This document shows, in pieces, positions 36,241 through 45,569 of a stretch of 64,000 nt of DNA. Under the pieces are notes generated by a model that was not told where the DNA came from, searched no databases, and saw only the letters and a list, made by a program, of their open reading frames with translations. Made by a program: the position numbers and the translations under genes. Position 1 is the stretch's first letter; every line of letters starts with the position of its first letter. Source of the DNA: an uncultured Christensenella sp. Lineage in GTDB: Bacteria; Bacillota; Clostridia; Christensenellales; Aristaeellaceae. Location of the stretch: the NCBI GenBank assembly GCA_964346355.1, contig CAYFUH010000004.1:2769-66768 (forward strand), read 5' to 3'.

Positions 36241-36369
36241 ATCCCTCCACTCGTAGTGTACAGGAAGGGCGGGGTTGATTCAAGCAATTTTTGCGCAATC
36301 GCGCAATTTCCGTTGGATATTTGCTGTTTCTTGTGCTATTCTGATACCAACAAAACCAAGGAGGATACG

Positions 36370-37287
36370 ATGAATAAGAAACCCATTCTGGTGGTGATGG
36401 CCGCGGGCATCGGCAGCCGCTTTGGCGGGCTCAAGCAGATGACGCCTTTTGGCGCGCACGGTGAAAGCCTGATTGATTATTCCCTGTTTGATGCGCTGCG
36501 CGCCGGCTTTGAGCGCGTTATTTTTATCGTCAACAACCGCATCAAGGATGATTTCCGCGAGATCGTCGGCAAAAACGTCGAAAACCGCATGGAAGTGCAG
36601 TATGTGATGCAGGAGCTGGACAAGCTGCCCGAAGGCTTGCGTATCCCGGAAGGCCGCAACAAGCCCTGGGGTACCGCGCACGCGATCCTCTGCTGCAAGG
36701 ACGCCATTGACGCCCCTTTTTGCGCGCTGAACGGTGACGATTTCTACGGCCTGGACGCCATGGAAAAATTGTTTGGTTTCTTAGACGCGGGCCCCGAAAA
36801 GGACCACTACGCAATGGCGGGTTTCCAGCTGCAAAACACCCTGTCAGACGCGGGCTATGTCTCCCGCGGCGAGTGCCAGGTGAATGAAGAGGGCTATCTG
36901 GACAGCATCATTGAGCGCTTGCACATCATCCCCACCATTGATGGGCCCATGTACACCCTTGATAACCAGGTGTATCACCGCCTGAGCGGGGAGACCACGG
37001 TGTCCATGAACATGTGGGCTTTCACCCCCAGCCTGCTGGACCATATTGAAGCGCGCTTCCTGGATTTTTACGAGGAAGCGATGAAAACCAATCCATTGAA
37101 GGCCGAGTTTTACCTGCCCAACCTGGTGGGTGACCTGCTCAAGGATAAGGAAGCAAAGGTCAAAGTCTTCACCTCCAAGGATCGCTGGTTTGGTGTCACC
37201 AACGCATCAGACCGCCCCCTGGTGGAAGCCGCCCTGCGCGAATTGACCGCCACAGGCAAGTACCCGGACGGGCTGTGGAAGAAATAA
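36370..37287 (+). CDS. Sugar-phosphate nucleotidyltransferase family protein
   Basis: ORF 36229.. trimmed to ATG 36370 (AAGGAGGA RBS). N-terminal VVMAAGIGSRFGG nucleotide-binding signature. Confidence 0.8.
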   Translation: MNKKPILVVMAAGIGSRFGGLKQMTPFGAHGESLIDYSLFDALRAGFERVIFIVNNRIKDDFREIVGKNVENRMEVQYVMQELDKLPEGLRIPEGRNKPWGTAHAILCCKDAIDAPFCALNGDDFYGLDAMEKLFGFLDAGPEKDHYAMAGFQLQNTLSDAGYVSRGECQVNEEGYLDSIIERLHIIPTIDGPMYTLDNQVYHRLSGETTVSMNMWAFTPSLLDHIEARFLDFYEEAMKTNPLKAEFYLPNLVGDLLKDKEAKVKVFTSKDRWFGVTNASDRPLVEAALRELTATGKYPDGLWKK

Positions 37288-37300
37288 TGTAAATTGATAC

Positions 37301-37343
37301 AAAAAAACGACCCATGCGGCTTTTTTGCTGCATGGGTCGTTTG
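37301..37343. terminator. Bidirectional terminator
   Basis: ACGACCCATGC-loop-GCATGGGTCGT (11 bp), with an A-run on the left and a T-rich right flank, between convergent genes. Confidence 0.8.
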
Positions 37344-37355
37344 CTGGTTGTTTTA

Positions 37356-38216
37356 TCAGGTGGCTGGCAGGGCTTGCACCGCGATGCCGATGATGCCGGG
37401 GCCGGTATGCACGCTGAGCGCCGGGCTGATGTCCGTCTTGATGAAGCGTTCGCACTGCGGTAGTTTGCGCTTTAATTCCTCCATCACCCGGTTGGCTTCC
37501 TCCACCGCACTGCCGTGGGCGACCGCGACAGAGAAGCGCAGGTGCTTGCCGGCTTCGGCGACGGCGATGGAAATGGTCTTGGCCAAAGCCTGTGCGCTGC
37601 CGCGCACCTTGGCCACTGTCTCATAAATGCCGTCGGTATTGCAGCTGATGACCGGACGCATCTTGAGCAGGGAGCCCAAAACCGCGGACACCTTGCCGAT
37701 GCGGCCGCCCTTGGCCAGATATTCCAGCGTGTCCAGGCAAAAATAGACGTGGGATTTTTCAATGCTTTCCCGCAGTTTTTTGAGGATGCCCTCAAGCGGC
37801 TCGCCTTTTTTGATCAGTTCGGCAGCCAGCATTGCCTGCTGGCCTGCGCCGATACCGATGTTTTTGGTATCCAGCATGTGATAGTCCAACTTGCCGTACT
37901 GCTCCGCCAGCATCCGCATCAGGTTGTGGGTGCCGGACAGCCCGCTTGAAATGGTGATGATGAGCACCGTGTCGTAGCCCTCTTGCACCATCTGTTCAAA
38001 CAGGGCGTTCACACGCTCCGTGCTGGGCAGGGAGGTGGTGGGAATCTCCTCCTCCAGGCGGTCATAGATTTCCTGGAGCGTGATGTCGATGCGGTCCTCG
38101 TACTCACGGTCTTTATAAATAATTTTCAGGGGCGCTACAAAAATGTTGTGCTCCTTGGCAAATGCCGGCGGAACATCGGCCCCTGAATCCACTAAAATTG
38201 CAATCTTTTTGTCCAT
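37356..38216 (-). CDS. DegV family fatty-acid-binding protein
   Basis: ORF 37356..38240 trimmed to ATG 38216 (AGGAGGA RBS). IAILVDSGADVP..., TISSGLSGT, SVHTGPG. Confidence 0.9.
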   Translation of the reverse strand: MDKKIAILVDSGADVPPAFAKEHNIFVAPLKIIYKDREYEDRIDITLQEIYDRLEEEIPTTSLPSTERVNALFEQMVQEGYDTVLIITISSGLSGTHNLMRMLAEQYGKLDYHMLDTKNIGIGAGQQAMLAAELIKKGEPLEGILKKLRESIEKSHVYFCLDTLEYLAKGGRIGKVSAVLGSLLKMRPVISCNTDGIYETVAKVRGSAQALAKTISIAVAEAGKHLRFSVAVAHGSAVEEANRVMEELKRKLPQCERFIKTDISPALSVHTGPGIIGIAVQALPAT

Positions 38217-38255
38217 GCTGTCCTCCTGATCTGGTTGCATGGCATTGTAGAGTTT

Positions 38256-39119
38256 CTAAAACAACCTGTCAACTGATATCTTACCCGAATCGCCCTCATC
38301 TGAAAACTGCTGCATGAACGAAATGGACGGCGCGCCTTCATGCTCCTTATGGCTGAGGATTGTAGCCAGGTTGACGTTTTCACTGGACGCGATGATGTTG
38401 TCGATGATGTTGGACTGCTCCTGCTCCAGTTGCGCAAGCAGCCGCTTTACCCGCGCGCGCTTGCCGCCGTCTTCAGACCGGGTCACCCGGCAGGCGCAGC
38501 TGGTGGTGGTGATGTTTGTGGAAGAAAGCCAGTTGATGATGGCTTTCTCCCGCACCAGATACATGGGGCGGATGAGCTCCATCCCCTCATAGTTTTCGCT
38601 CTTGAGCCGGGGCATCATGGTTTTGAACTGGCCGCCATATAAGACGCTTAGCAGAATGGTTTCCGCCGCGTCATCCCGGTGGTGGCCCAGGGCGATTTTG
38701 TTGCAGCCGCGCTTTTTGGCCTCCTTATACAGATAGCCCCGGCGCATGGCTGCGCAGACATGGCAGGGGGAGGTGGCCACACTCTCTACGATCTCATAAA
38801 TATCGGTGTCAAACACGTCCGGTGCAATGCCGATGGCGGCAGCAGCGTTCAGCATTTTTTGCCGGTTTTCCTGGCCAAAGCCCGGATCCATGGACAGATA
38901 GATGACCTCAAAGGGCACCGTGCTGTATTTTTTCAAGGTCTGCATGCATTTGGCCAGCAGCAGGGAATCCTTGCCGCCGGACAGGCAAACAGCGATCTTA
39001 TCCCCCGGCTGCGCCATCTGATAGCGCTTGACCGCGGACAAAAAGGGGCTCCAGATCTGTTTTCGAAACCGGGTGGTGAGGGCGTGCGCCATCTCATCCC
39101 GGCGGGGTTTTTCGCTCAA
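38256..39119 (-). CDS. PP-loop ATP pyrophosphatase, TtcA-like tRNA 2-thiolation protein
   Basis: 287 aa. TTG start with GGAGGA RBS. PP-loop VCLSGGKDS, Cys motifs CHVCAAMRRG and CAC, LGHHRDD. Confidence 0.8.
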   Translation of the reverse strand: MSEKPRRDEMAHALTTRFRKQIWSPFLSAVKRYQMAQPGDKIAVCLSGGKDSLLLAKCMQTLKKYSTVPFEVIYLSMDPGFGQENRQKMLNAAAAIGIAPDVFDTDIYEIVESVATSPCHVCAAMRRGYLYKEAKKRGCNKIALGHHRDDAAETILLSVLYGGQFKTMMPRLKSENYEGMELIRPMYLVREKAIINWLSSTNITTTSCACRVTRSEDGGKRARVKRLLAQLEQEQSNIIDNIIASSENVNLATILSHKEHEGAPSISFMQQFSDEGDSGKISVDRLF

Positions 39120-39200
39120 AGGTCATCCTCCAGTGTGAATCGGGTATTTATTGGATATCATGCTATAATCAAGGCATTACGTCAATGAAAGGATGAAAAC

Positions 39201-39995
39201 ATGCTGCACCAGCTGGAAAACATCATCAAAGAAGCCGCGCAGATTATGGTCAACAAAGTGCCCGAAGGCATCATCACCAAGGAAGGGCATGCCAATTTTG
39301 TGACCGAAGCAGATCAGGCCACCCAGGATTTCCTGCAGGAGAAACTGCTTGCCCTATTGCCTGGCAGCGTCCTGTTTGGGGAGGAAAAGGAGAACGAGCC
39401 CTTAACCAACGCGTCCACCTGGGTGGTGGATCCCATTGACGGTACGCTCAATTACATCCATGGCTTAAAGCATTCTGCTGTGTCCATCGCCCTGGTGCGG
39501 GACAAACAGGTGCAGCTGGCCTGCATTTACAACCCCTACCGGGATGAGCTGTTTACCGCGCAGCTGGGCAAGGGCGCCTGCCTAAACGGGCAGGCCATTC
39601 ACTGCTCGGACACGCCTTTTGAGCGCGCGCTGGTGTTTTACGGCACCTCCCCCTATAACGCGAGCCTGGTGGATGCCACCTTTTTAGCGGTTGCCAGCCT
39701 GATGAAAAAGACCGCGGACATCCGCCGCTTTGGTTCCGCCGTGTTGGACCTGGCCTATATCGCCTGCGGGCGGGCGGACCTGTTTTTTGAGTATTCCCTC
39801 TCCCCCTGGGATTACGCGGCAGGCAAGCTGGTGGTGACCGAGGCGGGCGGCGTGTTCAAAACCTTAAATTTTACTGAGGATACGCTGGATTTCTCCGCGC
39901 CGGCAGCTGTCTTTGTGTCAAACCCGGCGTGTGAGGAAGCGGGTTTCCCCATCGTGCAAAAGGAGTACGCAGCATGGCAAGCGCAGCCCCGATGA
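39201..39995 (+). CDS. Inositol monophosphatase family protein
   Basis: 264 aa. EEKENE, WVVDPIDGTLNY, WDYAAG. Confidence 0.88.
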   Translation: MLHQLENIIKEAAQIMVNKVPEGIITKEGHANFVTEADQATQDFLQEKLLALLPGSVLFGEEKENEPLTNASTWVVDPIDGTLNYIHGLKHSAVSIALVRDKQVQLACIYNPYRDELFTAQLGKGACLNGQAIHCSDTPFERALVFYGTSPYNASLVDATFLAVASLMKKTADIRRFGSAVLDLAYIACGRADLFFEYSLSPWDYAAGKLVVTEAGGVFKTLNFTEDTLDFSAPAAVFVSNPACEEAGFPIVQKEYAAWQAQPR

Positions 39996-40819
39996 TTGCC
40001 CGCTCCTCCCCCCATGTGCACACGCAGTTTTGTGACGGGCGCAGCACAGCGGAGGAGATGGTGCAAACAGCCCTGCAAAAAGGCTTTGTAAGCCTGGGCT
40101 TCTCCAGCCACGCTAAGCAGGATTTTGACCCGAACTATTCGCTGGATGAAGCGCGGGAAGCCGCCTATATCACAGAAATCAAGCGGCTTAAGGCGAAGTA
40201 TAAGGACAGCATCAAAATCTGGCTGGGGATGGAGCAGGACTATTATTCTATAGCGGACAAACGCCTGTTTGAGTACGTCATCGCGTCCGTCCACTATATG
40301 CAGATGCCGGACGGCAGCAAACTGGCGGTGGACTCAAGCTTTGAACAATTGCAGCAGATTATCGCCGATGCCTTTGAGGGCGATGCCTATGCGCTGGTGG
40401 AAACCTATTACCAGATGGTGGGGGAATTTGTCGCGCGCATCCAGCCGGACATCATTGGCCATTTTGATTTGCTGACCAAATACAACCGCGGCAAACAGCC
40501 CTTTGATGAAACGCACCCGCGCTATGTCAAAGCGGCACAAAGCGCCATGCAGCAGGCCATCACCGGGTGTGACCTGATGGAGATCAACGTGGGCGCCCTG
40601 GCGCGCACCGGCATCAAAGACCCCTACCCCGCCCTGCCGCTTCTTAGCGCCTGGCGGGACTTGGGCGGGCAGGTCATCCTGGCCTCAGACTGCCATTTGG
40701 CGAACGATTTAGACAGCGCCTATGACGCGGGCATTGCCCTTTTGAAGGCAGCAGGCTACAAAAAAGCCGCCATCCTGGGGCGGCATGAAGACCTGTTTGA
40801 GTGGCACGAGGTGCCCTGA
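39992..40819 (+). CDS. HisJ-family histidinol-phosphatase (PHP domain)
   Basis: ORF 39974.. trimmed to ATG 39992 (ATGA overlap with the upstream stop). HVHTQFCDG, FSSHA, GHFDL, ASDCH. Confidence 0.85.
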   Translation: MIARSSPHVHTQFCDGRSTAEEMVQTALQKGFVSLGFSSHAKQDFDPNYSLDEAREAAYITEIKRLKAKYKDSIKIWLGMEQDYYSIADKRLFEYVIASVHYMQMPDGSKLAVDSSFEQLQQIIADAFEGDAYALVETYYQMVGEFVARIQPDIIGHFDLLTKYNRGKQPFDETHPRYVKAAQSAMQQAITGCDLMEINVGALARTGIKDPYPALPLLSAWRDLGGQVILASDCHLANDLDSAYDAGIALLKAAGYKKAAILGRHEDLFEWHEVP

Positions 40820-41299
40820 TTACACGGGGTCAATGGTCTGGGAAAGGCGCTTGCTGCGCGCGTCGATCATGGCGCTCAAGCGCTGGGTACGCTGCTTGAC
40901 GCGGTAGGCGACCAGCATTCCGCTGCGGTATTTGTCCAGCATGACCCGCACGGACACCGCGACCGGGACTGCCGGCAATACCCCCAGGCCTGCTGCCATC
41001 ACAGCCGCGCCTGCGGCCAGGCCCGCGCCTGTTTTAAGCATGCGATAGGAGCCGTCCTGCAGGGCGGCTTTTTGCGTTTTGCGCCCCAGGATGACCTTGC
41101 CCTGCTCCGTCACCGCGATGACCACAAAGGGCAGGCCGGCGCTGAGTGTGCCCATCAACTCACCCATCAAGCCGCTGTCCTCCATCAGCCCCAAGCTGAT
41201 GCCCACCTCATCCATGTGGGATAGGGCGGTGGTGATGCTGTCTGTCAGCGTGCCGCGGCTGCGCTGCTGATAGCTTTCTACCATGTCCTGATACTTCAT
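40820..41299 (-). CDS. Unknown 159-aa protein with a Gly/Ala-zipper hydrophobic segment
   Basis: Starts 1 nt after the upstream stop (41301). GAGLAAGAAVMAAGLGVLPAVPVAVSV. No recognisable family. Confidence 0.6.
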   Translation of the reverse strand: MKYQDMVESYQQRSRGTLTDSITTALSHMDEVGISLGLMEDSGLMGELMGTLSAGLPFVVIAVTEQGKVILGRKTQKAALQDGSYRMLKTGAGLAAGAAVMAAGLGVLPAVPVAVSVRVMLDKYRSGMLVAYRVKQRTQRLSAMIDARSKRLSQTIDPV

Positions 41300-41300
41300 G

Positions 41301-41741
41301 TTACTTTACCAATGCCTTGATCAAGGCGGTGACCACCCAGGAGCCGCCGATGATGGCCGCAATCCAGGTAATCTGCCGCAGGATGCGCAGCATGCCGGAG
41401 TCGCGCTTGGCGCGCTTGTCGGCGCGGGCTTGCAGGCTGTCCACCTTTTTTGCCAGCTCTAAAAGCCGCTTTTCCTGCTCGCGCAGGCGGTTGGACAGTT
41501 TGTCCTGCTCCTCGCCCTGCAGGGTGGCAGCAGCGCGCAGGGCTTCTACATCCGCGTACAGGCCCTCGGTGACGATGACCATCTCCTGGGTGAACTCCTC
41601 CACCAGGCGCGGCAGGTCCTTGCCGGAGATGGATTCCTTCGCGGTCTGCAAAAAATCCATGGATTTGGAGAGGATGCCCTGCTTCTTCTGCACGTCCTGC
41701 GCGGGCAGCTGCTCCGGGGCGCGGTTTTTTTCGTCGTTCAT
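41301..41741 (-). CDS. Unknown 146-aa coiled-coil protein with a C-terminal TM anchor
   Basis: Starts 1 nt after the Prs-like stop (41743). Heptad-like region EEQDKLSNRLREQEKRLLELAKKVDSLQARADKRAK, then ITWIAAIIGGSWVVTALI. Confidence 0.6.
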   Translation of the reverse strand: MNDEKNRAPEQLPAQDVQKKQGILSKSMDFLQTAKESISGKDLPRLVEEFTQEMVIVTEGLYADVEALRAAATLQGEEQDKLSNRLREQEKRLLELAKKVDSLQARADKRAKRDSGMLRILRQITWIAAIIGGSWVVTALIKALVK

Positions 41742-41742
41742 C

Positions 41743-42957
41743 TTACACCAGGCTGATGCCGCTGGCCGCCTGCTCCGCCCGGTAGCGGGTGAGCAGCGAC
41801 TGGATGCGGTTATAGGGGTTGAGCAGCGCGCTTAAGCTGCGGTCGTGGTTCAAGGTGGCGATCAGGTAGGAGATATACTTGCTCATGTCGGCCTCGACAA
41901 ACCATTTGGCGGCGCGCAACTCCGGTGAGCGGTAGGTGAGGTTGGTGGCCACCACGCGGTGGATGATGCCCTGCTGGTAGGCCTCCTCAAACTCCTGGAT
42001 GCCGTTGGTGAAAAACGCGAAGGTCACGATGCAAAAGATGCGCTTGGCCTTGCGCTTTTTGAGCTCCTTGGCTAAATCCAGCATGGACTCGCCGGAGGAG
42101 AGGATGTCATCCGCCACGATGATGTCCTTGCCTTCCACCGAGGCGCCCAGGTACTCATGCGCGACAATGGGGTTGCGGCCGGCCACCACCTGCGTGTAGT
42201 CACGCCGCTTGTAGAACATGCCCAATTCCAGGGCCAGCACGGAAGAATAATAGATGTTGCGCTGCACAGCGCCCTCATCGGGGCTGACCACCATCATGTT
42301 GTATTTGTCAATCTGCAGATCCTTCACGGAGCGCAGCAGCGCCTTGAGCATCTGGTAGGTGGGCATCACGTTTTCAAAGCCGCACAGGGGCACAGCGTTC
42401 ATCACGCGCGGGTCATGCGCGTCAAAGGTGATGATATTGGCCACACCCATGGTCTCCAGCTCCTGCAGCGCCATCGCGCAGTCCAGGCTTTCCCGGGTGT
42501 TGCGGCGGTGCTGACGGCTTTCATACAGCATGGGCATGATCACATTGACCCGCTTGGCCTTGCCGGCGATGGCGGCGATGATGCGCTTGAGGTCCTGGTA
42601 GTGGTCGTCCGGGGACATGGGCACTTCCAGGTCGTACATCCGGTAGGTGATGTTGTAGGCGCAGACATCCACCAGGATGTAGATATCATAGCCGCGCACG
42701 CTTTCCTTTAAAACGCCCTTGCCCTCCCCCGTGCCAAAGCGCGGGCAGGAGGCGGCGATCAGGAAATCCTCCCGGCCGTGGCCGGGCGTGGTGTAAAATT
42801 CCTCGTCCTGCAAATCCTGCAATTCGCGCCAGCGCAGAAGGTAGTTGTTGACATTGGCGCCCAGGGCGTCAATGCCCTGCATCGCGATGATGCCAAGCGG
42901 CCCATACTGGACGTTGCTTAAGTTTTCGCCCCACTCCGACAGAAAATTATCCACCAT
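41743..42957 (-). CDS. Ribose-phosphate diphosphokinase (Prs) family protein, long ~400-aa form
   Basis: 404 aa. PMLYESRQHRR (like the Prs motif YARQDR), ITFDAHD, PRPP loop IIVADDILSSGESM. Has an N-terminal extension and insertion relative to ~315-aa Prs. Confidence 0.8.
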   Translation of the reverse strand: MVDNFLSEWGENLSNVQYGPLGIIAMQGIDALGANVNNYLLRWRELQDLQDEEFYTTPGHGREDFLIAASCPRFGTGEGKGVLKESVRGYDIYILVDVCAYNITYRMYDLEVPMSPDDHYQDLKRIIAAIAGKAKRVNVIMPMLYESRQHRRNTRESLDCAMALQELETMGVANIITFDAHDPRVMNAVPLCGFENVMPTYQMLKALLRSVKDLQIDKYNMMVVSPDEGAVQRNIYYSSVLALELGMFYKRRDYTQVVAGRNPIVAHEYLGASVEGKDIIVADDILSSGESMLDLAKELKKRKAKRIFCIVTFAFFTNGIQEFEEAYQQGIIHRVVATNLTYRSPELRAAKWFVEADMSKYISYLIATLNHDRSLSALLNPYNRIQSLLTRYRAEQAASGISLV

Positions 42958-43010
42958 TTATATCTCCCCCTGTCTTTGCGCAGATGTATATTCGTTTTTC
43001 ATCAGGACCA

Positions 43011-44543
43011 TCACTTCGCACTCATCAAACTCAGGCTGATCCGGGGCAGCGTTTCCTCATTGCCCTGGGCATCCGGCGCGACGTTCATGCCTTCCATCAG
43101 CCCGTAGATGTTGACCTCTTTATTGATGTCAAAGCCCGGGTCGGTATCCGAGGTGATGTACAAAACATCCGTAAAGCCGGCGTCGTTTTTATTCAAAGCC
43201 ACGCGCAAGACCCAGGCATCCGCGTCGTTTTCCTTGGCGATTAAGGTGCCCTGGTAATGCAGCATCTTGCCATCGTACATGTTGGGGTTTTGGGTGAGTT
43301 CGGTATACGTGGGGGTCAGCGCGCTCTTTTTAAGCAGCTCCTCCCGCGCAAGCGGGCTTAAAACACGCACGGCGGTGTAGTTGAGCACGCGGTCCTGCAG
43401 GCCTTTTTTGGTCAGCACCAGCCGGATGGCGTAGGTGCCTTCCTCCCTGGTATCAAAGGTGAAGCTGAAGGTGCCGTTTTTGGCGACGTTTTTGGTGGTT
43501 TCCTCCCCGTTCACGCTGAGGGTGGCGCGCACGTTGCTTTCCGTTGTGCTGCCGGCCAGGACAAACTGGTCATCCAGCAGCTCGCCTGAAGGCGTGGAGG
43601 TCATGCTGACGGGGATGAGGCCGGATTGGTAGCGGATGTTGTAGGAGCGGTTCAAGTCCGCAAGCCCCGGGGACTGCACCGTCAAGGTCATCACATAGAC
43701 GTCCTCACTGGGCAGGTCAATGGGCAGGGAATAGACGCCCGCTTTGTTGGCTTTGGTTTCAAACACCTTGGAGGCGCTGGTTGAAAAGGACATCAGCACC
43801 GCGCGCAGGCTGGCCTCCGGCTTGGTTTTGCCCTTCATGACAAAGCTGGGCTTGCTGGTTTCAACCGGCGCGGTGGCCGTTTCATCCAGTGAGATGGGCA
43901 GCGGCGGCACAGGCTGGATGCTGGTGAATGTGAAGGTATCAAACACCTTGTTGAGCGCTGTGTTGTCCCGGGCTGTCAGCTGCCGATTAAACACCTGCAT
44001 GTCCACCGTGATGGTGTAGCCATTGCGGATGGTCCTGCGCTGGAAGCCGCGGCGGGCGACATCCCCGTTTAGGCGGTAGGAATAGCGCAATTGCAGGAAG
44101 CGGCCGATGTTTTTGAAATTCTTCCAGGAGACCGAATCATAGCGGTAGCCCAGGATGGAATATGCGCCGGACGCCCCGTGGGAGAGGCGGTATTTCGCGC
44201 GGACATCGGAGCCATGCTCGTTGATGTCAAACAGCTGCTGGCCGTCCACATCCTGCAGTGCGGTGATGACCAGCACCCGGTCATTGGCGGTGTCATAGGC
44301 CTGCAGCAGGATGCCGCGCGCCTCAAAATCCGCCTGCCAGGTGGCCAGGGTGCCTCCCTGCTGCTGGATGAAGGCCTCGTTGTCCTTTAAGTTCTCCGGC
44401 GTCAAGACAGGCTGATACACGCCCTCAGGCAGGCTGACTGCCGCGTTCACCCCCGCAAACTGGTAGGATTCCGCAGCCCAAACCGGCACGAAGCCGATGA
44501 GTAACAGCAGCACGCACAACAGGCTGATTCCGCGTTTTCGCAT
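43011..44543 (-). CDS. Secreted multi-domain protein of unknown function (510 aa)
   Basis: Signal peptide MRKRGISLLCVLLLLIGFVPVWA. AAGGAGG RBS. The central part is rich in beta-strand-like S/T/V repeats. No recognisable family. Confidence 0.7.
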   Translation of the reverse strand: MRKRGISLLCVLLLLIGFVPVWAAESYQFAGVNAAVSLPEGVYQPVLTPENLKDNEAFIQQQGGTLATWQADFEARGILLQAYDTANDRVLVITALQDVDGQQLFDINEHGSDVRAKYRLSHGASGAYSILGYRYDSVSWKNFKNIGRFLQLRYSYRLNGDVARRGFQRRTIRNGYTITVDMQVFNRQLTARDNTALNKVFDTFTFTSIQPVPPLPISLDETATAPVETSKPSFVMKGKTKPEASLRAVLMSFSTSASKVFETKANKAGVYSLPIDLPSEDVYVMTLTVQSPGLADLNRSYNIRYQSGLIPVSMTSTPSGELLDDQFVLAGSTTESNVRATLSVNGEETTKNVAKNGTFSFTFDTREEGTYAIRLVLTKKGLQDRVLNYTAVRVLSPLAREELLKKSALTPTYTELTQNPNMYDGKMLHYQGTLIAKENDADAWVLRVALNKNDAGFTDVLYITSDTDPGFDINKEVNIYGLMEGMNVAPDAQGNEETLPRISLSLMSAK

Positions 44544-44653
44544 CGCTGACCTCCTTGGTTTTCTCTAGTCACATCCTATCACACATGCCTTGTCCCTTCA
44601 ACCAAAACAAGGATGCAGCCGGATGGGCTGACATTGTGTTCTGATTTGTAAAC

Positions 44654-44697
44654 AAACCCGAACTTTTTTGATAGAAAACCTGAAATCGTACCGATTT
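44654..44697 (+). promoter_or_regulatory. PurBox-like pair upstream of purR (candidate PurR autoregulatory operator)
   Basis: AAACCCGAACTTT (44654-44666) matches 12/13 positions of the B. subtilis PurBox AWWWCCGAACWWT as I recall it. A weaker inverted copy, ATCGTACCGATTT (44685-44697, 10/13), lies 18 nt downstream. Confidence 0.5.
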
Positions 44698-44735
44698 TAT
44701 GGTAACATGAAGGGAACACAAACGAGGTGAGTGCG

Positions 44736-45569
44736 ATGGAGAAGGTAAAACGGGGCGAGCGGTTGATCGCCATGACCAGGGTGCTGACCAGCAACCCCAA
44801 CAAGGTCATCCCCTATCAGGTGTTTTGTGATCAGTTCAAGGCGGCCAAGTCCTCCATCAGTGAGGACATCGCGATGATCGGGCGCGTGATGGCCACCTTT
44901 GAGTTGGGCGAGGTAGCCACCGTGACGGGCGCAGCCGGCGGCGTGCGCTTCCGCCCCATGATGCCCTCTGGCGAAGCGCTCCGTTTTATCCAGGGCATCG
45001 CGGACGCCTTAAACACCCCGGACCGCGCCCTGCCCGGCGGCTACCTCTATTTGTCCGACCTTCTGTCAGACCCCGTCATGACCCGCAAAATGGGCACCAT
45101 CATGGCGCAGCCCTGCTTTAGTCTGGACGTGGATTTCGTGCTTACCATGGAAACAAAGGGCATCCCGGTTGCCATGATGACGGCGGAAGCGCTGAACGTG
45201 CCGCTGTTGATTGCCAGGCGCAGCAGCAAGGTGTATGAAGGCAGTTCGGTCAACATCAGCTATCCTGACGGCAAAGGCGGCATTGAAACCATGTCCTTAG
45301 CCCGCCGCGCGGTGATGCAGGGACAGCGCGCCCTGATTGTGGACGACTTCATGCGCCACGGCGGCACCGCCCTGGGCATGATCACCCTGATGAAGGAGTT
45401 TAACATCCAGGTGGCCGGCTTGACTTTTATGCTGGCGCAAAAGCGGGAGCAGCCGCTGACGGATTTGCCCGAATGGCCGCTGATGACCTTCACCGGGGAT
45501 GGGATTGACACGCCCATGGTTGTTCAACCTGCCAAATGGCTCAAGGACCTTGGAGAAACTGTATCGTGA
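44736..45569 (+). CDS. purR: Purine operon repressor PurR
   Basis: ORF 44727.. trimmed to ATG 44736 (GAGGTG RBS). KRGERLIAMTRVL, SSISEDI, PRT-type loop ALIVDDFMRHGGTA. Confidence 0.9.
   Translation: MEKVKRGERLIAMTRVLTSNPNKVIPYQVFCDQFKAAKSSISEDIAMIGRVMATFELGEVATVTGAAGGVRFRPMMPSGEALRFIQGIADALNTPDRALPGGYLYLSDLLSDPVMTRKMGTIMAQPCFSLDVDFVLTMETKGIPVAMMTAEALNVPLLIARRSSKVYEGSSVNISYPDGKGGIETMSLARRAVMQGQRALIVDDFMRHGGTALGMITLMKEFNIQVAGLTFMLAQKREQPLTDLPEWPLMTFTGDGIDTPMVVQPAKWLKDLGETVS

Noticed and set aside
42958-43010. PurBox-like AAAAACGAATATA upstream of the Prs-like gene
   Set aside because: It matches only about 10/13 positions in an AT-rich stretch, with no second inverted box. This is indistinguishable from chance.
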